From Armatimonadota bacterium (GTDB lineage Bacteria; Armatimonadota; SYMT01), in assembly GCA_046292385.1 (NCBI GenBank), contig JBKBRF010000021.1:1-64000 (forward strand): a stretch of 64,000 bases of DNA. Reading direction: 5' to 3'. The notes beneath the pieces are model-generated. The model was not told where the DNA came from. It made no database searches and saw only the letters and a program-made list of their open reading frames with translations. Made by a program: the position numbers and the translations under genes. Below are positions 49,789 to 59,923 of the stretch, one piece after another (within the stretch, counting starts at the first letter, position 1; each line of letters starts with the position of its first letter).

Positions 49789-50829
49789 TTACCGCCGGTA
49801 CTTGAGCGTCCAGATCTCGGTCGACTGCGGGAGGCGGGAGCGGGCCAGGAGCGTCACGTCGCTGGCGAGGCGGCTGACGGCGTAGGGGCTGGCGGCGATG
49901 AAGTCGTCCACCGGGCGCAGCTTCGCGGCGGCGCCGGACATGCCGGGGGTGGAATAGGCCATCGGGACCACCACCGGCGGCTTGAGCTGCTCGGAGATCG
50001 CGACCGCCTGCCGCGGCGTGAGCCCCTCGCCCACCGGCAGCAGCAGCACGTCGACCTTCCCCAGCGCGGCCAGCTCGGCGTCGGTGGGCGGCTGGGTGGG
50101 GGCGCCCAGGTGGGCGAGCCGCAGCGGTCCCGCTTCGATCACGTACGCGGTGTTGCCGCCGCGAGTCGGCACCGGGGTGATCCGCAGGTCGCCACGGGTG
50201 CCCTGGGCGGCGCGAAGCACCTGCTTGGTGTCGTCCTGGAAGGCGCGGACGCCTGCCTCGTAGCTGTGGCGGGGATCGCTGCTGCTGACCGTCACGAAGT
50301 GCGCGCCGGCTTCCGGCGAGGGAATCCCCGCGGCGGCCGGGTCGAACGGGTCGGTCACCACCCCCACCCCGCCCGGCGAGTGGATGTAGAACGAGGAGTA
50401 GCCGAGCCACTGGAGCGTCACCTCGGCGTCCCCCGTCGTGCTGAGCGGGGGGTGGTCGTTCGGGAGGCCTTCCGGCGGCGTGGCAGGCCGTTCCGCGGCC
50501 ACCGGCGGCTGCGCGCCGTTTGCCGGGTCAGTACCGGGAGCAACCGGTCTGTTTCCCGCGGGCGAATTGGCGGGAGCCCCGCCATTCGGCGCGTCGGTAG
50601 TGGCGGGGACTGGGGCATTGCCGGGGCTGGAGGCGCCGGGACTGTTCTGCGGGTGGGAGCTCTGCGCCCGGCGGTCCGGACCGTTCGCCGGCGTGGGCGG
50701 CGGCGGAGCCGGGCGGGAGACTACCGCCACGATGCCGATCGTGAGCACGGCCAGGACTGCCGCGATCAGGCCGGCCCGCGGCGGGCCGCCGGGGCGGACG
50801 GGAGAGGGTTCCGGCTTTTCCGTACTCAT
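49789..50829 (-). CDS. membrane-anchored MBL-fold metallo-hydrolase-like protein
   Basis: TM plus Pro-rich linker; WLGYSSF, VTDPF, DVLLLPVG; His metal ligands appear degenerate. Confidence 0.8.
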   Translation of the reverse strand: MSTEKPEPSPVRPGGPPRAGLIAAVLAVLTIGIVAVVSRPAPPPPTPANGPDRRAQSSHPQNSPGASSPGNAPVPATTDAPNGGAPANSPAGNRPVAPGTDPANGAQPPVAAERPATPPEGLPNDHPPLSTTGDAEVTLQWLGYSSFYIHSPGGVGVVTDPFDPAAAGIPSPEAGAHFVTVSSSDPRHSYEAGVRAFQDDTKQVLRAAQGTRGDLRITPVPTRGGNTAYVIEAGPLRLAHLGAPTQPPTDAELAALGKVDVLLLPVGEGLTPRQAVAISEQLKPPVVVPMAYSTPGMSGAAAKLRPVDDFIAASPYAVSRLASDVTLLARSRLPQSTEIWTLKYRR

Positions 50830-50964
50830 AGCAGGCGTGCTCCTGGTGACGTGGCGCCACGGAGATTCTACGATGAGCGCGGCGGGATGTCCCACTGGCT
50901 GGTGTGAGGTCCGAGAGAAGCGCGCTGCTGAAACTCCACGCCTCCGCGCCCTCGCATCTTCCGT

Positions 50965-51233
50965 CCCGAAGTTCCCACCCCGTGCCCTCCCCGGACGGAG
51001 CGGCCCTCCCGCGTGAGTGGCCCTGCGCGGCCCTTTCACGCTCCGCCTCCGGCTTCGCTAGCGGGCGCTACGGGCGTGCTACTCGCCGCGTTGCGCTCCG
51101 CGACCGATAGCGACGTCTTCGGCGAGACGGCGATTCACGGGCCGCTCCGTCCGGCTCAAGCAGCCACCCCTCGCCAGGGGTGGCCACAAGGGGAACCCTT
51201 CGGACCTGCCTTCGGCACACCCTCCGGGCTCCG
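50965..51233 (-). repeat. structured dispersed element, copy 4
   Basis: Reverse complement closely matches copy 3. Confidence 0.85.
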
Positions 51234-51318
51234 ACGGCCGAACACGCTGGGACCGAAGGCAGGTTCGTCGAGCGTCGGGCAGGTGCCGCCGCGCTGGCAT
51301 GAGATACACTCCCCCGAG

Positions 51319-52074
51319 ATGAACACGTCCTTCTCCCGAATCGCTATTCAGGTCGCCGTCCCGCAGGAGCTGGCGCCGCTGCGGCGGCTGCTCGGCGCCA
51401 CCGCGGGGCCGGAGGGGCTGCGGAGGTGGTCGGCGGCGGCGGCGCAGGTGGGAGATCGGGAGGTGCTGCTGCTCGCGAGCGGGATGGGCGCGCGGCGGGC
51501 GGCGGAGTGCGCGGCGGCGGTGCTGGACCACTGGCGGCCGGATCTGCTCCTGCCGGCCGGGGTCGCCGGGGCGCTCTCCGCTACCCTGCGGATCGGCGAT
51601 CTGGTCGTGGCGGACGCGGTGCTCTCGGGCGAGGAGTGGCTGCGCGCCTCGCTGGTGCCGAAGCTCACCTCCAAGGGCGCCCACACTCGCAGCGGCGGCC
51701 TGCTCTCCCAGGACCAGGTGCTGATTGACGCGAGCGAGAAGAGAGCGGCCGCCGTGGAGCCGCTCCTCGCGGTGGAGATGGAAACCGCGGCCGCGGCGCG
51801 GCTCGCCATCGAGAAGGGCGTGGCGTGGGCGGCGGTGCGCGCCGTCTCCGATACGGCGGACGAGAGTCTCCCCCTGGACTTCAACCTCCTGCGGGACGAG
51901 AGCGGCGACCTCCCCACCGCGCGCGTGGCGCTCGCCGCGCTGCGGCGGCCGGGGTCTATTCCGGGACTGGTCCGCCTGGGCGGAAACACCTCGCGGGCCG
52001 CCGCGGCGCTCGCTGCGGCACTGCAGGGCTGGCTGGATGCCGGCTGCCCCGCCCGGCTCGCCGCGCCGCGTTGA
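51319..52074 (+). CDS. nucleoside phosphorylase family (PNP/MTAN-like) protein
   Basis: SGMG, GVAGAL, AVEME, VRAVSD. Confidence 0.85.
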   Translation: MNTSFSRIAIQVAVPQELAPLRRLLGATAGPEGLRRWSAAAAQVGDREVLLLASGMGARRAAECAAAVLDHWRPDLLLPAGVAGALSATLRIGDLVVADAVLSGEEWLRASLVPKLTSKGAHTRSGGLLSQDQVLIDASEKRAAAVEPLLAVEMETAAAARLAIEKGVAWAAVRAVSDTADESLPLDFNLLRDESGDLPTARVALAALRRPGSIPGLVRLGGNTSRAAAALAAALQGWLDAGCPARLAAPR

Positions 52075-52289
52075 CTCGCTCCCGGAATCCCGGCATACTC
52101 ACGTGGAGCAGGCAAGCTTTCGGTTTCTGTGGCTGGCCTCGCCGTGATTCGAAAGTGAGTCCCTCTCACGCCAGCTCGTATTGCGTAGTGCGTATTCCGT
52201 AGCGGGCGGCTTCGCGCTCGCAGCGAGGACAGCGTGCCGGGCGATACGCCGCGCCGGCCGCCGCGCAATTCGCGATACGCACTACCCCC

Positions 52290-53618
52290 ATGCCCCGCCC
52301 TCTCCTCACCCCGCTCCTCGTCGCCGTCCTGCTCGCTCCGGCTGCGTCGGTGGCGCAGGACGCTGCTCCCGCGGTCCTGACCCCGGAGGAGGCGGTCCGG
52401 ATCGCGATCCGGCAGAGCCCGACGCTCGAGGTGGCGCGGCGGGAGCGGAACGTCGACCTGTTGGAGGCGGACCGCAACCGTCCGGGGTTCCGGCCGGAGG
52501 TCTCCGCCACCGTCTCGCAGATCCTGCGCGCGCCGCAGGTCGATCTCCCCGGCCGCCGGGACGCGGTGGTGCTGCCGAACTCGATCTCCCGCTTCGAGGT
52601 GGGGCTGAAGACTCCGCTCTACCAGTTCGGCGCCGGCAGCGCTCCGGGCGCGCGGGCCGACGCAATGGCGGCGGCGGCGCGCAGCGAGTACGACCAGGCG
52701 GTGCTCGATCTCGCTCTCCAGGTACGGGAGAGCTATCTCGACCTGCTGCGCGCGCAGGCGTTCGCGGAGGTTGCGCGTCGCGGCCTGGCGCTGGCCCGAG
52801 AGCACGTGGAGCAGACGAAGCTGCTGGAGTCGCGGGGGCTCCAGGCGGCGGTCGACGTGCTCCAGGCGCAGCGCTCCGAAGCGGAGGCGGAGAGCAGCCT
52901 GCTGAAGGCGGAGCACGGCGTCGTCCTGGCGCGGGCGAACGTCAACCGGGTGCTCGGACGGGAGCTCGAGACCGCGTTCTCCCCCGCGGATCCGGAGGCG
53001 CTCCCGGGTGAGCCGGAGCCGGTCTCGGTGCTGGCGGCGCGGGCCATCGCCGAGCGGCCGGAGATCGCGCTGCTGCGGCACCAGATCGAGGCGGCGGAGG
53101 CGGGGATCAGGCTCGCCCGTGCCGCGCGGCAGCCGCGGGTCGATCTCGACGTCGCCTACGCGCTCCAGACCGAGACGGCGCTCGTCCCGCGCAGCGGCAT
53201 CGCCGCCGGGGTGAGTCTGCGGGTGCCGATCTTCGACAGCGCCGTCCACCGGTATACCGTCCGCGAAGCGGAGGAGCGCCTCGCACAGCTCCGGAGCGCC
53301 CTTCGCGCCGCAGAGCAGGGCGTGGAGCTGGAGGTGACGCGGGAGCGCCTCGGCATGGAAGAAGCGCGCAGCCGCATCCGGACCACGGAGCGCGCCGTCA
53401 CCGCCGCGGAAGAGGTCCTCTCCATCGCGCGGCTCCGCCTGGAGCGCGGGCATGCGGTGCAGCTGGAGGTGGAGAACGCCCGGCTGGCGCTCCAGCGGGC
53501 GCTGACAGACCGCGCCGCCGCGGAGCTCGACCTGCGCCTCGCCCGGGCCCGTCTCGACCGCGCGCTCGGCCTTGGCGTGCCGGCCGGAGCGGTGGAAGCG
53601 GAGTCCGCGCCGCGTTAG
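52290..53618 (+). CDS. TolC family outer-membrane efflux protein
   Basis: Signal peptide; OEP repeats (PLYQFG, VPIFD). Confidence 0.9.
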   Translation: MPRPLLTPLLVAVLLAPAASVAQDAAPAVLTPEEAVRIAIRQSPTLEVARRERNVDLLEADRNRPGFRPEVSATVSQILRAPQVDLPGRRDAVVLPNSISRFEVGLKTPLYQFGAGSAPGARADAMAAAARSEYDQAVLDLALQVRESYLDLLRAQAFAEVARRGLALAREHVEQTKLLESRGLQAAVDVLQAQRSEAEAESSLLKAEHGVVLARANVNRVLGRELETAFSPADPEALPGEPEPVSVLAARAIAERPEIALLRHQIEAAEAGIRLARAARQPRVDLDVAYALQTETALVPRSGIAAGVSLRVPIFDSAVHRYTVREAEERLAQLRSALRAAEQGVELEVTRERLGMEEARSRIRTTERAVTAAEEVLSIARLRLERGHAVQLEVENARLALQRALTDRAAAELDLRLARARLDRALGLGVPAGAVEAESAPR

Positions 53619-53719
53619 GCACCGATCCGCGTTTCCGCTGAACGCGCGAGGGCTTCTCCACGTAATATAATGGGCACGCTGCCGGAGGAGCCGCCGGCGC
53701 GCCACGCCCCGGTGCTTTC

Positions 53720-55372
53720 ATGAACGTCCGAACCATTCTCGTCCCCGTGCTCGGGGCTCTCCTGCTCGGCGCGGCGGTGTACCCCGTGCTCTCGCGCCGC
53801 GAAGACCCGGTGCGGCCGGTCGATGCCCAGTCGGCGGAGGCCCCGATCGTGCGCACGGCGCCGGTAACTCGCCGCGCCATGTCGCGGGAGATCCTCCTCA
53901 CCGGCCAGCTCAAGAGCGGCAGCGAGGCCTCGCTCTCGCCCAAGCTCGGCGGCCGGGTGCTGGCGGTGCTCGTAGCGGAGGGACAGGCGGTGCGCGCGGG
54001 CGACGTGCTGCTGCGGATCGATACCTCGGACGCGCAGGGACAGGTCGACCAGGCTGCGGCCGGTGTCGCGGCGGCACGCGCGGCGCTCCAGAAAGCGCGC
54101 GAGGGACTGCGGCTCAAAGAGATCGACGTCGAGCGCCGCGTGCGGGAGGCGGAGCGCGGCGTGGAGCAGGCGAAGCTGGCGCAGGAGCGGGCCGAGGCGG
54201 GGATGACGCTGCAGCGGAAGGCGCTGGGGGCCGACGTCCAGCGCGCCTCCGCGGGCGTGGATGCCGCGCGCAGCGCCCTGGCCCGCGCGAAGAAGGGTGC
54301 CACGCCGGAGCAGCGGCGCCAGGCAGAGATCCAGCTCCGCCAGGCGGAGCGCGGCCTGGAGCAGGCGAAGAAGAGCCTGGACGACGTCCAGTTCCTGGCG
54401 GACCGCGGCGGACTGCCGCGCATCCAGCTCGACCAGGCCCGCGAAGGCTATAAGAAGGCGGAAGACGGCGTGGAGCTCGCCCGCGCGCAGCTCCAGGCGC
54501 TGGAGCGGGGCGCCTCCGCGGAAGAGATCGCCGCGGCCGAAGCGCAGCTCCGCTCCGCGGAGTCGGGCCTCCAGGCGGCGCGGGCCGCGGCCGGACGCGG
54601 CGAGATCGATGACGCGGAGCTGGCGGTGGTCCGCAGCCAGGTCCGGCAGGCGGAGGACGGGCTGAAGACCGCGATCGCAGCCCGCGCGGAGCTGCGCGTG
54701 GCCCGGGAAGATGTCCGCGCGGCCGAGGCGGCGCTCTTGCAGGCGCAGGCCGGGCACCGGCTGGCACGGCAGCAGCTCGACAGCGGCGCGCTGCTGAGCC
54801 CGATCGACGGCACCGTGACCGCGGTGCGCGTGAACGCCGGGGAAATGGCCGGGCCCGGGATGCCGGCGGTGACCGTCGTCTCCCGCACCGGCGCCTATCT
54901 CGAAGCGGGCGCACCGGCCCGCCACCTCTCCGCGCTCCGGCCGGGGCTGCCGGTGCAGGTGTCGCTCGACGCCTCCCGTGACCGCACCTTCCCGGGCACG
55001 GTCCGCACCGTCGACACGGTCGCCGGACCGGACGGTCGCACCTTCCCGGTCAAGATCGACGTCACGGCGCCCGCCGCGGAGCTGAAGCCGGGAGCGCGCG
55101 CGCGGGCAACGGTCCGTGCCGCCGCAGACGCTCCGGGGCTCGCCGTCCCGCTCGACGCGCTGCGGTACGAAGGGGAGCGCACCAGTGTCTGGACCGTTCG
55201 GGACGGCCACCTCGCGGAAGTGCCGGTTTCGGTCGCGATGCAGGAAGGCGGGTACGCGCTGGTCGACCCCAGGGGAGCGGAGCTGGAGCCGGGCGTGCCG
55301 GTGGTGCTCTCCGGCGCCGTCGGAGTAGCACCCGGAGACCCGGTGCGGGTGCGCGGAGAGGCGGCTCGCTAA
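53720..55372 (+). CDS. efflux RND periplasmic adaptor (MFP) with long coiled coil
   Basis: GGRVLAVLVAEGQAVRAGDVL, SPIDGTV. Confidence 0.92.
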   Translation: MNVRTILVPVLGALLLGAAVYPVLSRREDPVRPVDAQSAEAPIVRTAPVTRRAMSREILLTGQLKSGSEASLSPKLGGRVLAVLVAEGQAVRAGDVLLRIDTSDAQGQVDQAAAGVAAARAALQKAREGLRLKEIDVERRVREAERGVEQAKLAQERAEAGMTLQRKALGADVQRASAGVDAARSALARAKKGATPEQRRQAEIQLRQAERGLEQAKKSLDDVQFLADRGGLPRIQLDQAREGYKKAEDGVELARAQLQALERGASAEEIAAAEAQLRSAESGLQAARAAAGRGEIDDAELAVVRSQVRQAEDGLKTAIAARAELRVAREDVRAAEAALLQAQAGHRLARQQLDSGALLSPIDGTVTAVRVNAGEMAGPGMPAVTVVSRTGAYLEAGAPARHLSALRPGLPVQVSLDASRDRTFPGTVRTVDTVAGPDGRTFPVKIDVTAPAAELKPGARARATVRAAADAPGLAVPLDALRYEGERTSVWTVRDGHLAEVPVSVAMQEGGYALVDPRGAELEPGVPVVLSGAVGVAPGDPVRVRGEAAR

Positions 55373-55376
55373 TCCG

Positions 55377-58300
55377 ATGAACCTGACTCGCTTCTGCATC
55401 CAGCGCCCGATCGCGCTGATGATGGTGATCGGCGCGATCCTGATCCTCGGCTGGCGGGCCCAGATGGGGATGCCGGCGGAGCTCGACCCCCGGGTCGATA
55501 TTCCGGTGATCAACGTCGTCACCCTCTACCCCGGCGCCGGCCCGGAAGAGGTGGAGCAGCGGGTCACCCGTCCAATTGAAGAAGCGGTCGGAGCGATCGG
55601 GAACATCGAAGAAGTCGATTCCCGCTCCCTGGAGAGCGTCTCGTTCGTCACCGTCCGGTTGAAGCTCGGCACGAACCTCGACTCGGCCGCGGCCGACATT
55701 CGCTCGAAGGTGGAGGCGGCCCGGCGGGAGCTGCCGGACGGCGCGGAAGCGCCGCTGATCGAGAAATTCGACTACAACGCCCGCCCGGTGCTGGTGCTCG
55801 GCGTTACCGGCGCCCAGTCAGCGGAGCAGCTCCGGCGCCTGGTAGACGAGCAGATCCGCACCCGGATCGGGCAGGTGGCCGGGGTCGGCAGCGTGCAGAT
55901 CGTCGGAGGCCGCCGCCGTGAGGTGCGGGTGGAGGTCGACCCCCAGCGCCTGGAAGAGCACGGCCTCACCCTGCTGGACCTCCTCCGTCCGCTGAAGACC
56001 GCGTCCCAGTCCGCTCCGGCGGGAAGCCTGTCGCAGGGAGATCGCGACGTCTCGGTCCGGCTCCTCGGCGAGTTCGAGTCGCTGGAGGAGATCCGCAGCA
56101 TCCCGATTCCGCCGCCCGATCCGGGCATGCCGGCCGACCCCCGCATGCTGGCGCTCGCCGGCCCGCCGGCGCCTTCCGCTCCGCTCCGCCTGCGCGATGT
56201 CGCGACGGTGACGGAGGGGGCGGAAGAGCGGACGCAGATCACCCGCGTGGGCCGCCGGGAAAGCATCGGCATCATCGTCTCCCGGGTGCCGGACGCCAAC
56301 TCCGTGGAAGTGGCAGACGGTGTGAAGGCGGCGCTGGAAGAGCTCCGCCCCACCCTGCCGGAGCGCGTGCGGATCGGCGTGCTGCAGGACCACTCGATCG
56401 CCGTGGGCGACGCGCTGGAAGATATCAACGTCGCGCTGATCCTCGGGGCGCTGCTGGCGGTGGTGGTGGTCTGGCTGTTCCTGCACAGCTTCAAAGACAC
56501 GCTGATCATCGCGCTCTCGATCCCGACCTCCATCGTCGGGACGTTCCTGGTGATGTACTTCGCCGGGTTCAGCCTGAACCAGATGACGATGCTGGCGCTC
56601 TCCCTGTCGGTCGGCATCCTCATCGACGACAGCATCCTGATCCTGGAGTCGATCCACCGGCACCGGGAGATGGGGAAGTCGCCGGTCGACGCGGCGCTGG
56701 ACGGCCGCGCGGAGATCGGGCTCGCGGACGCGGCGAATACGTTCGTCGACGTGATCGTCTTCCTCCCCATCGCGTTCATGGGCGGGATCGTGGGCCAGTT
56801 CTTCATGCAGTTCGGGCTCACGATCGTCACGGCGTCGCTCGCCTCGCTCTACATCTCCTTCACACTCACGCCGATGCTGGCGGCGCGCTGGTTCCGGCGC
56901 GAAGAGATGCTCCAGGACCGCCGGGGCGCCTTCGCCCGGTGGTTCGACGCCCAGTACCAGAAGCTGGAGCAGCTCTACGGGCGCTCCCTCGGTTGGGCGC
57001 TGCGCCACCGGCTGGCGGTGGTGACCGGCGGCTTCGGCTCGCTGGCACTGGTCGGCTTCCTGGGGTGGCAGGTGATTGGCTTCGACTTCACCCCCTCCGT
57101 CGACCGTGGCCAGGTCACCGTGCTCGTAGAACTGCCCCCCGGCGCTTCTCTCGCCGCTACGGACCGGCTCGTTCAGCAGGTAGAGGCCGCTGCGGTGCGC
57201 ATTCCGGAGGTCGATGCGGACCGGATGCTCACCAGCGTCGGCGAGATCATCGGCGGCTTCGGCTCGATACCGGACCGGGGGTCGCAGTTCGCCCAGGTCA
57301 CGCTGATGCTGCGAGACAAGGCCGGCCTGGCCGAGCGGCTCCTCGATCCGCTCGGCACCGGCGCTTACCGTCATCGCAGCGACGAGGACGTGGCGCGGGA
57401 GCTGCGGCAGCGGCTGCACGAGGTGGTAGGAGCGGAGCGGATCCAGGTGGCGGCGGTCCGGGGGATGACTTCCTCGCTCGCGCCGCTGCAGATCGGGATC
57501 TACGGCAACGACCTCCCGGCGCTGGAGCGCGTCTCCGAGGAGATCCGGCGGCGCCTGGCGACGGTGCCGACGCTGCAGAACGTCGATAGCTCCCTCCGCC
57601 GCGGAAAGCCGGAGCTGCAGGTGCGGATCGACCGGGAGCGCGCGGACGAGCTCTTCGTCTCTCCCGCCGAAGTGGCGGGCGTGGTGCGCACCGCGATCTC
57701 CGGCAATACCGACCTCCGCTTCCGCGAGGGCGACCAGAGCCACCCGGTCCGCCTGATGCTGGCGCGGAACGGATCCTCCGGGCTCACCGCCGATCCGGAC
57801 GACCTGCGCGGCCTCTTGGTGGCGCAGCGGGGCCCCAGCCCCGTCTACCTGGACGACGTGGCGACCGTCGGCCGCGGTGAGGGGCCCACCAAGATCATGC
57901 GCTCGCAGCAGACGCGGCGCGTGGTGATCACCTCTCACGTGCTGGAGGGAGTTTCGCTCGGCGCCGCGCGCGCGCAGGCCGCGGAGGCGCTGGAGGGGCT
58001 GGACGCCGCCGGGGTGCGCTGGACGTGGGAGGGCGACGTGAACGAGATGGATGAGAGCTCCGCATTGATGGCGGGGGCGATCATCCTCGCCATCGTGCTC
58101 TCCTACATGCTCATGGCGGCGCTGTTCAACAACATGCTCCACCCGTTCACCATCATCCTGAGCGTGCCGATGGCGCTGGTGGGAGCCCTGCTCGGCCTGA
58201 TCTACACCGACACCACGATGAACCTGGTCTCGATGATCGGCATCGTGATGCTGGTCGGCCTGGTGGCAAAGAACGCGATCCTGCTGGTCGACTACACCAA

Positions 58301-58646
58301 CACGCTCCGCGAGCGCGGCCTGAGCCGGGATGCCGCGGTACAGGCTGCCGGCCCCGTGCGCCTGCGGCCGATCCTGATGACCACCGTCTCCACCGTCATC
58401 GCCACGCTGCCGGTCGCGCTTCAGATCGGGCGCGGCAGCGAGATCCGCTCCCCGATGGCGATCGTGGTGATCGGCGGCCTGCTGCTCTCTACGCTCCTCA
58501 CCCTGCTCGTCATTCCGGTGATGTACACCTACCTGGACGACTTCGCCAGCCGCTTCAGCAAGGGCGGCGGCGACGGATCGGATGCCTCACTCGGGATGTC
58601 GTCGAGCGAGCTGCCGGCGGATGACCGGCCGGTGAGCGTGGGGTAG
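55377..58646 (+). CDS. AcrB/AcrD/AcrF family RND permease
   Basis: GILIDD, KNAILLVD, RLRPILMT. Confidence 0.96.
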   Translation: MNLTRFCIQRPIALMMVIGAILILGWRAQMGMPAELDPRVDIPVINVVTLYPGAGPEEVEQRVTRPIEEAVGAIGNIEEVDSRSLESVSFVTVRLKLGTNLDSAAADIRSKVEAARRELPDGAEAPLIEKFDYNARPVLVLGVTGAQSAEQLRRLVDEQIRTRIGQVAGVGSVQIVGGRRREVRVEVDPQRLEEHGLTLLDLLRPLKTASQSAPAGSLSQGDRDVSVRLLGEFESLEEIRSIPIPPPDPGMPADPRMLALAGPPAPSAPLRLRDVATVTEGAEERTQITRVGRRESIGIIVSRVPDANSVEVADGVKAALEELRPTLPERVRIGVLQDHSIAVGDALEDINVALILGALLAVVVVWLFLHSFKDTLIIALSIPTSIVGTFLVMYFAGFSLNQMTMLALSLSVGILIDDSILILESIHRHREMGKSPVDAALDGRAEIGLADAANTFVDVIVFLPIAFMGGIVGQFFMQFGLTIVTASLASLYISFTLTPMLAARWFRREEMLQDRRGAFARWFDAQYQKLEQLYGRSLGWALRHRLAVVTGGFGSLALVGFLGWQVIGFDFTPSVDRGQVTVLVELPPGASLAATDRLVQQVEAAAVRIPEVDADRMLTSVGEIIGGFGSIPDRGSQFAQVTLMLRDKAGLAERLLDPLGTGAYRHRSDEDVARELRQRLHEVVGAERIQVAAVRGMTSSLAPLQIGIYGNDLPALERVSEEIRRRLATVPTLQNVDSSLRRGKPELQVRIDRERADELFVSPAEVAGVVRTAISGNTDLRFREGDQSHPVRLMLARNGSSGLTADPDDLRGLLVAQRGPSPVYLDDVATVGRGEGPTKIMRSQQTRRVVITSHVLEGVSLGAARAQAAEALEGLDAAGVRWTWEGDVNEMDESSALMAGAIILAIVLSYMLMAALFNNMLHPFTIILSVPMALVGALLGLIYTDTTMNLVSMIGIVMLVGLVAKNAILLVDYTNTLRERGLSRDAAVQAAGPVRLRPILMTTVSTVIATLPVALQIGRGSEIRSPMAIVVIGGLLLSTLLTLLVIPVMYTYLDDFASRFSKGGGDGSDASLGMSSSELPADDRPVSVG

Positions 58647-58824
58647 CACAGACCGGTATCCGCACTCCGGGACCGGCGGGGCGTCCGGCTCCGCACGCGC
58701 TCCGCTTACGAATCCCTGGCGCCGTTCAGGCGAGGACGGCAGGGTCGTTCCACGTCCGTCTGCGGCCACCCTCACAGCCACCCGAAATCGTGTTGCCGTT
58801 CTACTGCGGATAGGATAGGCTCCC

Positions 58825-58848
58825 TAATAGGATAAAGATGTCCTATTA
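58825..58848. promoter_or_regulatory. palindromic operator, probable Rrf2 site
   Basis: TAATAGGATA-AAGA-TGTCCTATTA, an AT-rich inverted repeat upstream of the DoxX-like gene. Confidence 0.6.
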
Positions 58849-58910
58849 ATCCTGTTCCGGGGCGTTGCCACGGAGCCCGGAGCAGAACCTCACAAGGGAG
58901 GACCACGCAG

Positions 58911-59345
58911 ATGGCACAGGTTTCACACGAAGCGGCCGGAGCCCCGGGGATCCAGGCTCAGGTACACGACCCCGCGCACCAGGCTTACCAGATCCTGCGA
59001 CTCGCCTTTACGGTCGCGCCAATCGTGGCGGGCGCAGACAAGTTCCTCGGCCTGCTCACCAATTGGGAGCGCTACCTCAGCCCGCCGGTAGCCAGCCTCG
59101 TGGGAGGAAACGGGCATACGCTGATGCTCGGAGTCGGGGTCGTCGAGATCGCCGCGGGGCTGCTAGTCGCGTTCAAGCCGCGTATCGGGGGCTATGTGGT
59201 CGCGGCCTGGCTCGCGGGCATCATCGTCAACCTGCTGCTCATCCCCGGCTTCTATGACGTTGCCTTCCGAGACTTCGGCCTCGCTCTGGCGGCGCTGGCA
59301 CTCGCCCGGCTCAGCCTGGCGTACCCGGACCCGACGGGCCGGTGA
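58911..59345 (+). CDS. DoxX-like membrane protein
   Basis: APIVAGADKF, W..YL, GVVEI, YDVAFRDFGL. Confidence 0.85.
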   Translation: MAQVSHEAAGAPGIQAQVHDPAHQAYQILRLAFTVAPIVAGADKFLGLLTNWERYLSPPVASLVGGNGHTLMLGVGVVEIAAGLLVAFKPRIGGYVVAAWLAGIIVNLLLIPGFYDVAFRDFGLALAALALARLSLAYPDPTGR

Positions 59346-59745
59346 GCGCGCAGGAGTTGCTCAGGAGGTCGGAGATATGCACTTGCTCCAGCTCCGCGCC
59401 GAAGCGCGCCTCGATCCGGCTCCAGAGCCGGAAGACAGGGCAGTCCGGGTTCAGGGGACATCCCTTGCCGCGGCGCGGGCACCGCTGAAAGCGGAGCGGC
59501 CCCTGCATCGCTTCCACCACCTGGCGCAGGTGGATCTCGGTGGGATCCGGGAGCAAGCGGACCCCACCCCGCCGCCCACGCGTGGTCTCAACCAGGCCCG
59601 CGCGGGCAAGGGCCTGGATCACTTTGGCCAGATGCGGCGCCGGGATGCCGGTGCGGCGGGCGATGTCTTCAACCCGACCGTCGGGGTGCTTAGCGAGATC
59701 GACCAGGGCACGCACTGCGTAGTCTTCGGTTTGTCCTAACTGCAT
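59311..59745 (-). CDS. Rrf2 family transcriptional regulator (3 Cys, Fe-S type)
   Basis: DYAVRAL, RGRRGG, CPRRGKGCPLNPDC. Confidence 0.92.
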   Translation of the reverse strand: MQLGQTEDYAVRALVDLAKHPDGRVEDIARRTGIPAPHLAKVIQALARAGLVETTRGRRGGVRLLPDPTEIHLRQVVEAMQGPLRFQRCPRRGKGCPLNPDCPVFRLWSRIEARFGAELEQVHISDLLSNSCALTGPSGPGTPG

Positions 59746-59923
59746 CGTCTGCTCCCCGGCTCCTGATCTCTAGCGACCGTCCATCTACTTCATTGTTACC
59801 GCAGGGGGCGTGGGAGAGCGGCGCTCAGGCGAATAAAAGGAAACACTCTCCTTTAATTCCATTAATCGCCGGCGGTACCCCGCAAGCTCCGTTCCCCGCC
59901 CCCGAACCCGAAAGGAAGAGGTT

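Noticed and set aside
18878..51233. Four-copy element as CRISPR repeats, integron attC sites or a classical MITE
   Set aside because: The copies are long, dispersed and divergent. No spacer array, no attC R-box arrangement downstream of co-oriented cassettes, and no terminal inverted repeats or target duplications were seen.
51013..51318. Upstream extensions of the phosphorylase and MBL ORFs
   Set aside because: They are translations of element copy 4, not protein-like sequence.
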